Notes under the pieces: model-generated
Database searches by the model: none
Seen by the model: the letters and a program-made list of their open reading frames with translations, nothing else
Told to the model about the DNA's origin: nothing
Shown here: positions 39,001-48,869 of the stretch, one piece after another
Layout of the letters: each line of letters starts with the position of its first letter
How positions within the stretch are numbered: the stretch's first letter is position 1
Assembly (NCBI GenBank): GCA_965116885.1
Contig: OZ220741.1
Coordinates: 1,088,001 to 1,152,000, forward strand
Direction of reading: 5' to 3'
DNA: 64,000 nt
Source of the DNA: Candidatus Latescibacterota bacterium
GTDB lineage: Bacteria > Latescibacterota > UBA2968
Made by a program: the position numbers and the translations under genes

Positions 39001-39343
39001 CCAGCCCTTGTCTCGCTTGACGACTAAAACCCCGTCCCACAGCAGCCCACAATGCCCCATCGGGCGCGGCAACCAGATCCTGAATAGCATTTCCCGGCAG
39101 CCCATCTTCAACCCCGAACTTCTTCCAGGAACGCCCGTCATAGCGCGACACCCCACCCAGCGTGGCAAACCACATCGCCCCATCAGGTGTCTGCACCACA
39201 GCCGTCACCACATTGTGCGCCAGCCCATCTTCTTGTCGAAAAGACGTCCACACATGCCTGGCCTCGCCCGCAAAAGCCTCGGCATTGAGGCAAAACAATC
39301 CAATGAGCATCCACCTGAAAAACACTAATTTTTGACCGTCCAT
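36032..39343 (-). CDS. Periplasmic beta-propeller/Y_Y_Y sensor with TM and SpoIIE/PP2C phosphatase
   Basis: Signal peptide, DGxxWF blades, PVWQRPWF TM, VGGDYF, ADVSGK, YSDGVTD, DDVTL. Confidence 0.9.
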   Translation of the reverse strand: MDGQKLVFFRWMLIGLFCLNAEAFAGEARHVWTSFRQEDGLAHNVVTAVVQTPDGAMWFATLGGVSRYDGRSWKKFGVEDGLPGNAIQDLVAAPDGALWAAVGRGFSRQARQGLAYFFGEEWRGIDIPEELRGRGGMRQILGLDGGRSCLVTDAGHLLRFDGADLYLVMLDGQPLQGVQSLMADANGKVWVAYGGRGGNILFGPGMGRGGRGEPGGRGRRGGFRGADGSDGRGGRGELGGRGRRGGFGDVDGPDGRRGRGEPDGRGRGGLRDPDGPNGRGGRGGRPGEFAQGMGLLDVDTGEWTTIADMDSLSNVSVWAMAQSADGALWFGTDENGLKRYHSGRWETFTTEDGLPSNRVQVIRFAQDGTMWIGTPAGAAFRDAGGQWRIFTEREGLPNSYVVDICIAADGAIWVGTRGGVARLGLSGWLHHRNWPGINDRGASIFALDEDGQLWVGNDALYKFERGSWQVARELEDDVRGRLTDLFVDGKGHLWAVTPFQLLRYDGEVWEVIRSDSRGGLGIRAACPAQDGGVWAITRSGVQRFDGQVWTALSSPEDLVQEERNPERFSISICEASDGSLWLGQVDGVMHVVDGEQRKYTAADGIPGGPITVVAEDIGGQIWISSLLEGVAHFNGQRWRRVPGADEAQFNGVNRIFPANDGKVWLASPIDGAIHTDGFAWVRYTVQEGLPSTQVWDVTQDVEGQLWFATSDGLGCYNPDGDAPETRLLAPPVQIAPYQNALFEFAGQDVWKQTPDGSLQYSWRLDGGAWSSFSRNNRVLLEDIDAGGHKFEVRAMDLAFNVDKTSAVQVFEVLAPVWQRPWFVGLSGVSLLIVLVTTGYAFQKHKRWRAAQMQLIDELETELQEAHDMQMGLLPRDPVREKGFEVVGRCLPANHVGGDYFTYFWLDDDRKILGFGAADVSGKAMQGAVRAMQLSGMLHYEVRAAQTPIDVLRNLNLVLQEQFDAASFVTCCLGTLDLETGEIVLANSGHPYPYRVSVGGDLQMIELMSVPLGMTLPPEVDTEPREARAFLDFGDMLVLYSDGVTDMQNEAGEFYEEARLEALLKEHAGASADGLIDTVIDDLVRFRASAAQTDDVTLLVIKRR

Positions 39344-39488
39344 TTACTGCGCTCCTTCATAGTTCACATCGCGTCGTCCGTATATAATACAAAAAAATCT
39401 CCTATTGCACACCCCACAAAGATTAGACGCCTGTGCCCACCATTCGTCCCACTTGATATCGCGCAGGCAATGTCATATTTTATTCGGC

Positions 39489-39561
39489 GGGCGACCACAG
39501 GGGGTCGCCCCTACAAATCGGATTCACAGAACTTTGACCGCTACCAGTTGCACACCGTTCC
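39489..39561. repeat. GTAG REP (family A) plus family C motif
   Basis: GGGCGACCACAGGGGGTCGCCCCTAC..GAACT..ACCAGTTGCACACCGTTCC. Confidence 0.75.
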
Positions 39562-39645
39562 ACCGTGAGCCTAGACTACTACCAGACAGGCTCATTATAT
39601 TGCGCCTATGCGTAACATCAATTTTTAATTCAAAAGGAGTCTCTC

Positions 39646-41058
39646 TTGCCTACAGACCGTCCCAACATCCTCTTTATCATGTCCGACGATCACGCATCGC
39701 ATGCCATGAGTTGCTACAACAGCCGCATCAACCAGACCCCCAACCTCGACCGCATAGCAAATGAAGGCATGCGCTTTGACAACTGCTTTTGCACCAACTC
39801 AATCTGCGCCCCCAGCCGAGCGGTAATCCTCACCGGCACTTACAACCACATCAACGGCGTAACCACGCTTGCGACCCATCTCGACGGCAGACAACTCACA
39901 TTTCCCAAATTATTCCAACAGGCGGGATACCAGACCGCCATGATCGGCAAATGGCATCTCGGGCACGGCGGCATCCACGACCCCACCGGCTTTGACTACT
40001 GGAATGTCCTGCCCGGACAGGGATTATACCACAACCCCAAAATGATAGAAATGGGCGAAGAAAAAGTCTATCAAGGCTATGTCACCGACATCATCACAGA
40101 CCTATGCCTCGACTGGCTCAAAGCGCGGGACACAAATCGCCCCTTCATGCTCATGTATCACCACAAAGCGCCCCACCGCGCCTGGGAACCCGATGAAAAA
40201 CACGCCCACATGTATGAAAACGAAGACATACCCGAACCCGAAACCTTCTGGGACGACTACAGCAATCGCGCCAGTGCTGCCGAAGCCGCCCAAATGCGCG
40301 TTGACCGCGACATGAACAAAAATGACCTCAAGGGATTACCCCCTGAAGGTCTCTCACCTGAAGAAGATAAAAAATGGAAATACCAGCGCTACATAAAAGA
40401 CTACCTGCGCTGTGTGGCCTCTATCGACGACAATGTCGGACGCATGCTCGACTATCTCGACGAAGAAGGCCTCACCGACAACACCATCGTCATTTACACA
40501 TCTGACCAGGGCTTTTTCCTGGGCGATCACGGCTGGTATGACAAGCGTTTTATGTACGAAGAATCTCTGCGCATGCCCTTCATCATCCGCTATCCCAAAG
40601 AAATCAAACCCGGCAGTATCAACACCGACATGATCCTCAACACCGACTTTGCCCCCACCTTTCTCGACTACGCGGGCATCGACATTCCCGAAACCTTCCA
40701 GGGATCGAGCATGCGCCCCTTGCTCAACGGCGAAACACCAGAAGGATGGCAAACATCGATGTACTATCGTTACTGGATGCACCTTGCACACCACCATGTT
40801 TACGCCCATTACGGCGTGCGAACCCACCAGTATAAACTCATCTATTACTACGCCGACGGCCTCAATCAAAAAGGATCAATCGAAGACACCAAAGAACCCG
40901 AATGGGAACTCTTCGACCTCGAAAAAGACCCTTATGAACTCAACAACGTGTACAGTGATCCCGAATACGCCGATATCGTGCGCGAACTCAAAGACGAACT
41001 CTACCGCCTTCAGGAAAAAGTAAAAGACGAGCGGTATATAAAAGACGTGGACGAATAG
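39646..41058 (+). CDS. Sulfatase (Cys-type S1, N-acetylglucosamine-6-sulfatase-like)
   Basis: [49 protein letters not shown]. Confidence 0.93.
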   Translation: MPTDRPNILFIMSDDHASHAMSCYNSRINQTPNLDRIANEGMRFDNCFCTNSICAPSRAVILTGTYNHINGVTTLATHLDGRQLTFPKLFQQAGYQTAMIGKWHLGHGGIHDPTGFDYWNVLPGQGLYHNPKMIEMGEEKVYQGYVTDIITDLCLDWLKARDTNRPFMLMYHHKAPHRAWEPDEKHAHMYENEDIPEPETFWDDYSNRASAAEAAQMRVDRDMNKNDLKGLPPEGLSPEEDKKWKYQRYIKDYLRCVASIDDNVGRMLDYLDEEGLTDNTIVIYTSDQGFFLGDHGWYDKRFMYEESLRMPFIIRYPKEIKPGSINTDMILNTDFAPTFLDYAGIDIPETFQGSSMRPLLNGETPEGWQTSMYYRYWMHLAHHHVYAHYGVRTHQYKLIYYYADGLNQKGSIEDTKEPEWELFDLEKDPYELNNVYSDPEYADIVRELKDELYRLQEKVKDERYIKDVDE

Positions 41059-41082
41059 ACGAACCCCGCCCAGCCACCCAAC

Positions 41083-41146
41083 GGGCGGGCACAGGGGCAC
41101 CGCCCCTACATTGATGAACTATCCCGAACCAGTTGTACCCCGTTCC
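41083..41146. repeat. GTAG REP (family A) plus family C motif
   Basis: GGGCGGGCACAGGGGCACCGCCCCTAC..GAACT..ACCAGTTGTACCCCGTTCC. Confidence 0.75.
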
Positions 41147-41171
41147 GCTGATTCGCTGATTCGCCGATTCT

Positions 41172-42575
41172 CTACTTCGGCACCTTGAGCACGGCGTAAA
41201 AATTGGCATAGTGCCGGCGGGTCTCTCTGCGAATGATTATGCCGACTTCGTCACCGGGTTTCAACTCCGCCAATACATCTTCATAATCTTCCATCGAACG
41301 CATGGCTCTGCGATTCATCTCGCGAATCACATCTCCCCGCTGCAAACCCGCCGCTTCAGCCGCGCTCCCCGCTCTTACATCGGTAATGAGCATGCCCCAT
41401 TGTGCATTATAACCGAACTGACGGGCAATCGCGGACGTCATCTCCTGAACATTCAACCCCAGGGCGCGTTGTCGCTCTACCTCTTGCAGGCCGCGAAAGG
41501 GATCGAACGCATCCACCGTTACGTGCAATTTTCTATTTTCCCTACTTCGGATCACCTCAATGATCACCTGTGCTCCTGGAGGCGTCCGCGCAATACGCGT
41601 CAGAAACTCATCTGCATTGGAAATCTCGCGGTCGTTCAACCCCACAATCACATCGCCGGGTTGTAAACCTGTCTGCTCGGCAAATTCCCCCACCTCCTGA
41701 ATCAGCGCACCCCGATTCACAGATAATCCCAGTGCTTCGGAAAGCTCCGGCGTAAGATCTTGAACCACCACATCCAGATACCCGCGTTTCACCTCTCCAT
41801 CTTCGATAATCTGCTGCATAATATTGCGCGCCATATTGATAGGCACAGCCAACCCAATACCCTGACTGCCCCCACTGCGCGACAAAATTGCCGTATTCAG
41901 ACCCACCAGTTCCCCGCGCAAATTCACCATTGCCCCACCGCTATTGCCCGGGTTAATCGCCGCATCTGTCTGAATAAAATCTTCGTAATCCACAATATCT
42001 AAATTGCCTCGCCCAATCGCGCTCACAATACCGTACGTCACCGTATGCCGCAAACCATACGGATTGCCAATTGCCAGCACCCAGGCCCCGACCTTCAACT
42101 TATCCGAATCGCCCATCTTCAGCGCGGGCAAATCGCGCCCATCAATTTTCAACACCGCGACATCGCTCTGCGGATCTGTCCCCACCAGCGTTGCGCCGAA
42201 CTTTCTGCCATCGTCGAGTTCCACTTCAATAGAATCGGCCTCTGCAATAACGTGATTATTGGTCAAAACATAGCCATCCCGAGAAACAATAACCCCCGAA
42301 CCCAAACCCTGCTGCCGCTGTTCTCTCCGATACTGCAGACCACCGCCGAAAAAATGATCGAAAAACGGATTGCCCGTTGATCTTCGCACCCCAACCACCA
42401 CATCTCTTTTCTTAATAACCGCGACCACACCCGGATTGACCGCAGAAGCCACCGCAGCAAAAGCCTCGCTGAACTTTTCCATTTGCGCGATCGTCGCCTG
42501 AGATTCGGGATCAATTTTTGCATCAACCGGCAAAACTGTAAATCCCGCAATCAGTATCCATATCCATCTTTGCAT
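41172..42575 (-). CDS. degP: HtrA/DegP-family serine protease with two PDZ domains
   Basis: GSGVI, TNNHV, DVAVLK, IQTDAAINPGNSGG; signal peptide from ATG 42575. Confidence 0.92.
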   Translation of the reverse strand: MQRWIWILIAGFTVLPVDAKIDPESQATIAQMEKFSEAFAAVASAVNPGVVAVIKKRDVVVGVRRSTGNPFFDHFFGGGLQYRREQRQQGLGSGVIVSRDGYVLTNNHVIAEADSIEVELDDGRKFGATLVGTDPQSDVAVLKIDGRDLPALKMGDSDKLKVGAWVLAIGNPYGLRHTVTYGIVSAIGRGNLDIVDYEDFIQTDAAINPGNSGGAMVNLRGELVGLNTAILSRSGGSQGIGLAVPINMARNIMQQIIEDGEVKRGYLDVVVQDLTPELSEALGLSVNRGALIQEVGEFAEQTGLQPGDVIVGLNDREISNADEFLTRIARTPPGAQVIIEVIRSRENRKLHVTVDAFDPFRGLQEVERQRALGLNVQEMTSAIARQFGYNAQWGMLITDVRAGSAAEAAGLQRGDVIREMNRRAMRSMEDYEDVLAELKPGDEVGIIIRRETRRHYANFYAVLKVPK

Positions 42576-42661
42576 ACGCCATTTCTCCGTTGTAGCGTGA
42601 ACTTGAGTTATATATCGCAAAGCACCAAAAGTTCCCGAAATTGTCCAATCCCGTCAATGAC

Positions 42662-42701
42662 AAAAAAAAAGCCGAGATCCACAGAGAATCTCGGCTTTTT
42701 T
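42662..42701. terminator. Intrinsic terminator
   Basis: A9-GCCGAGAT..ATCTCGGC-T6. Confidence 0.8.
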
Positions 42702-42717
42702 AAACTGAAAAATGCAC

Positions 42718-43047
42718 TTACGCAGCTGACTTATCCGACGGACGCACCTTTTTCAGCGCAGACATCCAGGTCAGTTCGTAAACCACCAGCGCACCTCGCC
42801 ATACCTCGACATTTTCAAGTCCGCTGTACACCAGGCGCGCAGCCTGTTCAATCGTCGCTTCTGCGGCCTTGACCTCGGGCTGATCGGCCACTATTTTCAT
42901 GGGAACGGGACCATAAGCGGCGCGAATGCGATTAATCACCTCACAGACTTCCCGACGAAACTGAGGGACGAAACGGGACCGAGAAGTAGCCCGTTGTACC
43001 CCGTTTGATCGTGAACCGATAGCCGACATAGAAAAAATGCGTCTCAT
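42718..43047 (-). CDS. Hypothetical protein
   Basis: AGGAGA RBS, TTGACG-N17-TATATT promoter upstream, terminator downstream. Confidence 0.7.
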   Translation of the reverse strand: MRRIFSMSAIGSRSNGVQRATSRSRFVPQFRREVCEVINRIRAAYGPVPMKIVADQPEVKAAEATIEQAARLVYSGLENVEVWRGALVVYELTWMSALKKVRPSDKSAA

Positions 43048-43376
43048 GGGAACATCTCCTGTCTAAGTTAGGTGAAATACATCGACTAAAATCGTCGTAT
43101 ATAATCACAAAAACTTTCCTAAACTCAATTTTTACAGAATATTATATTCCATCTTCCACTCGCTATAAATATAGTGAACATTTGTATATGCGTCAAGGAT
43201 AAATGTCATTTTTATCCTAAAAAAAACTTTCCCTCAATGCGCTGTGATATTATCTTTTGCCCTCAATATTAAATACCAATTAAGGGTTGAAACAGGTGAG
43301 ACGTAAGACGTGAGACCCCCAGACCTCCAATTCTCAATTTTTAATTCTCAATTCCTAATTCTCAGAAAGGAGCATC

Positions 43377-44444
43377 ATGGCAGACAAACTCAAAGTCGGT
43401 ATCATCGGCGTTGGCGGCATCGCACGCACGCACATACCCGGATGGGCCGCTTCCCAACATGCCGACCTGATTGCCGGTAGCGACATCAATGCAGACGTAC
43501 TGAATCAATGGGGCGAAAATAACGACATATCCATCCTATCCACCGATCCGGAAGACCTGTTCAAAAATCCCGATATCGATATCATCGACATCTGTACCCC
43601 CAACAATTATCACGCGCCATTGGCCATTGCCGCGCTTGAAGCGGGCAAACACGTCATCTGCGAAAAGCCTCTTGCCCCCAATCCCGAACTCATCAAAAAC
43701 ATGATTGCCGCACGCGACAAATCCGGCAAAACCCTGATGACAGCGCAACATTTTCGTTTTTCGGGCAAATCAAAAGCCATGCGAGCCGAACTCGACACAG
43801 GCGTACTCGGAGACATCTACCACGCGCGAAGCTGGATGCTCCGCCGCTCAGGGGCACCAAACACACCGGGCTTTATACAAAAACGACACAGCGGCGGCGG
43901 TCCCTGCATCGACATCGGCGTACACATCCTGGACCTCACACTCTATTTTATGAATAACCCCAATCCCGTATCCGTCACCGGTGTCGCCCGCGCAGAAATC
44001 GCCCACCAGAAAGGTGCGTTCAGCAACTGGGGTCTCATCCCATCGGAGCAGTTTGACGTGGAAGACTTCGCCGCAGCTTTTGTGCGCTTTGAAAATGGAG
44101 CAACCCTCGTACTCGAAGTTAGCTGGTTGCTCCACCACAAAACGCAGGGCGAAGACATGCAAATGTGGCTCTACGGCACCAAAGGGGGCAGTCACTGGCC
44201 CAGTTGTGAAATCTATCAAACCAACAACGATATACAACAACACTACAACCGCACCCTGCAAAATACCAGAGACCTGCTCGAACCCCACGCACAAGAATGC
44301 GTCGAATTTGCCCAGGCCATCGCCGAAGGCAAGCCATCACCCGTGCCCGCCGAGCAATCGCTGCAAGTCATGGCAATCCTCGACGGCATCTATCGCAGCC
44401 AGAAAACGGGCGAAGAAGTAAAAGTCACCCAGGAAACATCGTGA
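43377..44444 (+). CDS. Gfo/Idh/MocA oxidoreductase
   Basis: GIIGVGGIA, GKHVICEKP, GGPCIDIGVH. Confidence 0.92.
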   Translation: MADKLKVGIIGVGGIARTHIPGWAASQHADLIAGSDINADVLNQWGENNDISILSTDPEDLFKNPDIDIIDICTPNNYHAPLAIAALEAGKHVICEKPLAPNPELIKNMIAARDKSGKTLMTAQHFRFSGKSKAMRAELDTGVLGDIYHARSWMLRRSGAPNTPGFIQKRHSGGGPCIDIGVHILDLTLYFMNNPNPVSVTGVARAEIAHQKGAFSNWGLIPSEQFDVEDFAAAFVRFENGATLVLEVSWLLHHKTQGEDMQMWLYGTKGGSHWPSCEIYQTNNDIQQHYNRTLQNTRDLLEPHAQECVEFAQAIAEGKPSPVPAEQSLQVMAILDGIYRSQKTGEEVKVTQETS

Positions 44445-45061
44445 TCTTTATATCCACCATCGTCGGTCCGCTCCAGGTCAATTGTTACATCCTCGCCTGC
44501 GAAAAAACGCGCGAAGGCATTGTAATAGACCCCGGCGACGATACCGACACCATACTTCAACTCATCGAAGACCACAATATCAAAGTCGTCGAAATAATTG
44601 CCACACACGGACATTTTGACCACATCGGGCGCGTCGCATCGCTCAAAGAAAAAACAGGTGCGCCATTCGCCATCCACAAAGCCGATGTATTCATGGTCGA
44701 GGCACTCACAGACATTGTCGCACCCCTGGGCCTTCAAACCGATCCACCGCCCAAAATCGACCGCTTTATCGATGAAGGCGATACCATAGTCTTTGGCCGC
44801 GAAACCCTGAACATCCTCCATGTACCGGGTCACGCGCCCGGAAACATCGCCCTCACCTGGCCGGGCCACGCCATCGTTGGCGACACTGTATTTGCCGGCT
44901 CTATTGGCCGAACCGACCTCGCGGGCGCAGACCTGCAAACGCTAATGGACTCAATCCACACCAAAATCCTCACCCTCCCCGACGACACAGTACTTCACCC
45001 TGGACATGGGCCAGACACAACCATAGACCGCGAAAAACGCATCAACCCATTTCTCATATAG
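44441..45061 (+). CDS. MBL-fold metallo-hydrolase (glyoxalase II/YcbL-like)
   Basis: NCY, IDPG, THGHFDHIG, PGH, GDTVF..SIGRTD, PGHG; GTGA overlap with the upstream stop. Confidence 0.9.
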   Translation: MIFISTIVGPLQVNCYILACEKTREGIVIDPGDDTDTILQLIEDHNIKVVEIIATHGHFDHIGRVASLKEKTGAPFAIHKADVFMVEALTDIVAPLGLQTDPPPKIDRFIDEGDTIVFGRETLNILHVPGHAPGNIALTWPGHAIVGDTVFAGSIGRTDLAGADLQTLMDSIHTKILTLPDDTVLHPGHGPDTTIDREKRINPFLI

Positions 45062-45074
45062 GACCACTTCTCAC

Positions 45075-46571
45075 ATGAACATCTCCACCACCATCGGCAA
45101 CATCCTCGAAAGTACAACAGACGCTATCGTCCTCAACCTCTTTGAAGGCGTCACAGAACCGGGTGGCGCAACAGGTGCAGCCAATCGCGCGCTGGACGGA
45201 CTTATTTCCGACCTCATCGCAGGCGGTGACTTCAGCGGCAAACGCAACCAAATCGCTGTACTCTATCCCCGCCAGGGTGTAGCGCGCCTCATTCTCGTTG
45301 GCCTGGGCAAACGAGAAGACTTCACGCCCAACCAGGTGCGCCTCGCATCCGCATCTGCAACCAGAGAAGCCATCAAACTCGGCGCAAAAACCCTCGCCTC
45401 CATCATCCACGGGGGCGGCATAGGCGGCCTCGATGTCTCAGACGCCGCACAAGCCACTGTTGAAGGCGCGATTCTCGGCAATTACAAGTTCACCAATTAC
45501 AAAACAAACAATAACGATCCCAAACATCTCGACACCTTTACCCTCGTCGAATTTGACACATCCAAACAAACCGATGTCGAAAAAGGCGCGAATACCGGAC
45601 AAATCATCGCCGAGAGCGTGTGTTTTGCCCGCGACCTGAGCAACACCCCCGGCAATGACTTGCCACCGGCGACACTGGCCGAACGCGCTCTGGAAATGGC
45701 TCGTGAAACAGGACTCTCCTGTGAAATATTTGACGAACAGCGCATCTCAAATGAAGGCATGGGCGCCCTCAGCGCCGTGGGACAGGGAAGTGCTCGACCA
45801 CCTCGTTTTGTCATCCTAAAACACTCAGGCACCGATCCCAATGCCGCGCCTATCATCTTCATTGGCAAAGGCATAACCTTTGACACCGGCGGCATATCTC
45901 TCAAAGGTGGCGACGGCATGTGGAACATGAAATTTGACATGAGTGGATCCGCAGCCGTCATCGGCGCAATGCGAGCCGTGGCAAAACTCGACCTGCCCCA
46001 CCGCGTCATTGGCCTGGTTGCCGCCGCAGAAAACATGCCCGATGGCCGCGCGTATCGGCCCGGCGACATCTTGCATCCCCTGGGCACCAAAACCGTTGAA
46101 ATACACAGTACCGATGCCGAAGGCCGCCTCGCCCTCATCGACGCCATCGCATACAGCGCGCGCTACGAACCAAAAGCAGTCATTGACCTGGCCACGCTAA
46201 CCGGTGCCTGCGTCACCGCACTCGGCAACGAAGTTAGTGGCTTGATGGGCAACGACAACGACCTCATCGCTCAAATCCACGAAGCGGGCAATCGCACCGG
46301 TGAAATTGCCTGGCATCTTCCCATTCTCGACAGCCACAGGAACAGCATCAAAAGCAATGTGGCCGACCTCAAAAATTCAGGCGGTCGGCCCGCAGGCGCA
46401 CTCACCGCCGCCGCATTCCTCGAAGCCTATGTCCAGAACTTTCCCTGGGCACACCTCGACATCGCCGGCACGGCATCGACAAGTTCCGCCAAACCCGACG
46501 CCCCCATCGGAGCCACGGGCGTTGGCGTGCGCTTATTGATCGATTTCCTGCGCCATCAATCGGTAAAATAA
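45075..46571 (+). CDS. pepA: Leucyl aminopeptidase (M17)
   Basis: GKGITFDTGGISLK, MKFDMSG, TDAEGRL, DLATLTGA, WAHLDIAG. Confidence 0.95.
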   Translation: MNISTTIGNILESTTDAIVLNLFEGVTEPGGATGAANRALDGLISDLIAGGDFSGKRNQIAVLYPRQGVARLILVGLGKREDFTPNQVRLASASATREAIKLGAKTLASIIHGGGIGGLDVSDAAQATVEGAILGNYKFTNYKTNNNDPKHLDTFTLVEFDTSKQTDVEKGANTGQIIAESVCFARDLSNTPGNDLPPATLAERALEMARETGLSCEIFDEQRISNEGMGALSAVGQGSARPPRFVILKHSGTDPNAAPIIFIGKGITFDTGGISLKGGDGMWNMKFDMSGSAAVIGAMRAVAKLDLPHRVIGLVAAAENMPDGRAYRPGDILHPLGTKTVEIHSTDAEGRLALIDAIAYSARYEPKAVIDLATLTGACVTALGNEVSGLMGNDNDLIAQIHEAGNRTGEIAWHLPILDSHRNSIKSNVADLKNSGGRPAGALTAAAFLEAYVQNFPWAHLDIAGTASTSSAKPDAPIGATGVGVRLLIDFLRHQSVK

Positions 46572-46621
46572 AAAAGCAGGGACATAAATCCCGGCCTGGA
46601 TATAAACTTCTAATGCATCTA

Positions 46622-47224
46622 CTACCTCTCACCCAAAGAGAACATCAGACCTGCGTGGATGCCAAAATTATTTGTTGACCCGGACGCAAAAGCGCGAAAC
46701 CAGCGACCCTGCACAAATGCACCTATGCCCTCGGAAACATCAAATCGCATACCACCTGCCACGGCAATCAACGCCTCGGTTGACGTTCCTGTTACAAAGT
46801 CTCCGGTCACTGGATCTCTTGACGGTTCCATTATAACGTCTCCGGTCACTGGATCTATTAAATTAATCTGCGTTCCGTCATCCAGTACTATAACCGCTGG
46901 AACAATCACGGGAAAACCCCAAGCGTGCAACACGCCGCCGGCAACCCCAAAAAACACCGTGCCATAGCGATCGGACAAAGGGGCTTTATAAACCAGGCTA
47001 ACACCCGCTGGAATTTCTGAAATACCGTCCTTCCGATAAAACTCAACAAAAGGCGCCAGATACGTCGGATACAAATCACCAATGGGAACCTCTATGGACA
47101 GGTGCCCGCCCCCGCGCGTGGGATCGAGAAGCGCACCTCCGCCTATCTTGACATCCACCTGTGCATCTGCCCGACCTAAAAACGCGACCATTGTGAAAAA
47201 AAACACCGCAACCATTGACTTCAT
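46622..47224 (-). CDS. Putative outer-membrane beta-barrel protein with a loop insertion
   Basis: Signal peptide, alternating Gly/aromatic strands, terminal AGLMF strand. Confidence 0.6.
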   Translation of the reverse strand: MKSMVAVFFFTMVAFLGRADAQVDVKIGGGALLDPTRGGGHLSIEVPIGDLYPTYLAPFVEFYRKDGISEIPAGVSLVYKAPLSDRYGTVFFGVAGGVLHAWGFPVIVPAVIVLDDGTQINLIDPVTGDVIMEPSRDPVTGDFVTGTSTEALIAVAGGMRFDVSEGIGAFVQGRWFRAFASGSTNNFGIHAGLMFSLGER

Positions 47225-47386
47225 ACACACCCCCTGATAATGGCAATTAAGAATTGAGGAGCGGTGTACAACTGGTCGTAGTCCAGACCAGTTCATTAAA
47301 AATTAAGAATTACCCCGCCCCAATGAACTGCTATCGCCTGTCTGCCGTACCCGGCACAGGCAACACAACGCCAATAAGGAACACAC

Positions 47387-48016
47387 ATGCCAACCGACCT
47401 CATACTAATCTGCCATGGACAAGCCAGAGAACACGACGGCGAACACCACTACGGCTGGTGGGCTGACCTGCCCCTCTCGCATCGGGGCAAACAACAAGCC
47501 CTGCTCGTTGGCGAACGCCTCAGAAACGACTTTGACATTCGCCGCCTCTACACCAGCCCCCAGAAATGCGCCCGCCAAACAGCCGAATGGATAGGCGATA
47601 TACTCCATATCGTGCCCGAAGTAGAAAATGACCTGCGCGAACTCGAAAGCGGCGATCTGGCCACACTCACCCGCGAAGAAGTCCAAAAATATTATCCCGG
47701 CTTTTTTGGCGGACAATCCCTCGAAGAGGCGCGCGTTCCGGGCAGTGAAAACTATGCCGACCTGCACAGCCGCATTGCCAACATCGTGAGCCAACTCGTC
47801 ACCGAAGTGCCCGACCAACAAATTGCGTGCATCACACACGTCCGACCCATTGTCGCATGCCTACAAGCGATCATGGGATACACACCCGAAGACGAACACA
47901 AACCCCAATTCGCGTGTCACACAGCCGCTATCCACCACCTTCAACTCAACCCCGGAGACGAACCCACTTTCATATCCCTCAACGATATTGCCCACCTCGC
48001 AGACCTTCCCAGATAA
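47387..48016 (+). CDS. Histidine phosphatase/phosphoglycerate mutase family protein (atypical motif)
   Basis: LILICHG (normally RHG), YTSP..A.QTA, DLRE, ITH, LND.AHL. Confidence 0.8.
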   Translation: MPTDLILICHGQAREHDGEHHYGWWADLPLSHRGKQQALLVGERLRNDFDIRRLYTSPQKCARQTAEWIGDILHIVPEVENDLRELESGDLATLTREEVQKYYPGFFGGQSLEEARVPGSENYADLHSRIANIVSQLVTEVPDQQIACITHVRPIVACLQAIMGYTPEDEHKPQFACHTAAIHHLQLNPGDEPTFISLNDIAHLADLPR

Positions 48017-48017
48017 T

Positions 48018-48863
48018 TCACACGTCATCCACCAGAGGACCCCGCGTTTCCATAGCCATAGATATCCGCGCGCTGCGCGTGCCATCGCCGTTGCAGTGGT
48101 AAAAACGCACCGCACCGCGAAACTTATCCGCGTGCTGAATAAAATCGAGCTCTGCTTCTGCGACTTGCCCGGGCACAAAAGGCTTGCGAAAATAAATCAC
48201 AATTTCGTGAAACCGCAAGCGCCCGACATCGCCTCCCATCTTGTGATATTGAAGCGACAGGAGATCGAGCACCCGGTCCATGTATTTAACCGTGTTGATA
48301 TGCCGATACTGATCTGACTGATCCATGTGAAAAACAACCGGCTGCGTGTCATAGGTCAGCATATCGCCACTGCCCTCGCACCGATAGGATTCGATATCCC
48401 GGCAGAGCAAATCATCTTCACCCAGTTCGTGCTCCTTCAGAAATTTAAGCTCCTCCGGCACATCGGAAGGCATGCGTTCATCAGGAGGTGCAAGCGGCCG
48501 TGTGAGCGCCAGCCAGAACTCCGACCGACCAACCAGATTATCCGCCTTAAAAAGTTCGCATGTCAGAACGAGATGCCCGCGTTTGAGACTTCCGTCATCA
48601 CTGCGCGTTGTAACCAGACGGATCTGCGATTCCTGTCGCAGTGTTGTCTGAAGAGAACAGGGATGCCCGAAAGTTTCAAATTTCAAAATATGATTGATCG
48701 GCGCGACACCATCGCCGCTATTGACATTGGATCTCCAGTAGGGCCGCAGCATGTGAAGACCCGACCTCAACGTGAGGCTCAAACTGGATGCGACCAACTC
48801 GGCATTCATATTGAGCATGCGCCAATCAACATCATATTCAGTTGTACCCGTCAGAACATCCAT
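48018..48863 (-). CDS. Acyl-ACP/acyl-CoA thioesterase-like (double hotdog)
   Basis: SDQYRHINTVKY resembles DxNxHVNNxxY; IYFRKPF. Confidence 0.55.
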   Translation of the reverse strand: MDVLTGTTEYDVDWRMLNMNAELVASSLSLTLRSGLHMLRPYWRSNVNSGDGVAPINHILKFETFGHPCSLQTTLRQESQIRLVTTRSDDGSLKRGHLVLTCELFKADNLVGRSEFWLALTRPLAPPDERMPSDVPEELKFLKEHELGEDDLLCRDIESYRCEGSGDMLTYDTQPVVFHMDQSDQYRHINTVKYMDRVLDLLSLQYHKMGGDVGRLRFHEIVIYFRKPFVPGQVAEAELDFIQHADKFRGAVRFYHCNGDGTRSARISMAMETRGPLVDDV

Positions 48864-48869
48864 CTCACC

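Noticed and set aside
43296..43365. Heptamer tandem repeats (AATTCTC-like; also 26890, 41147, 47245) as a regulatory element
   Set aside because: Short degenerate intergenic repeats with no evidence of function
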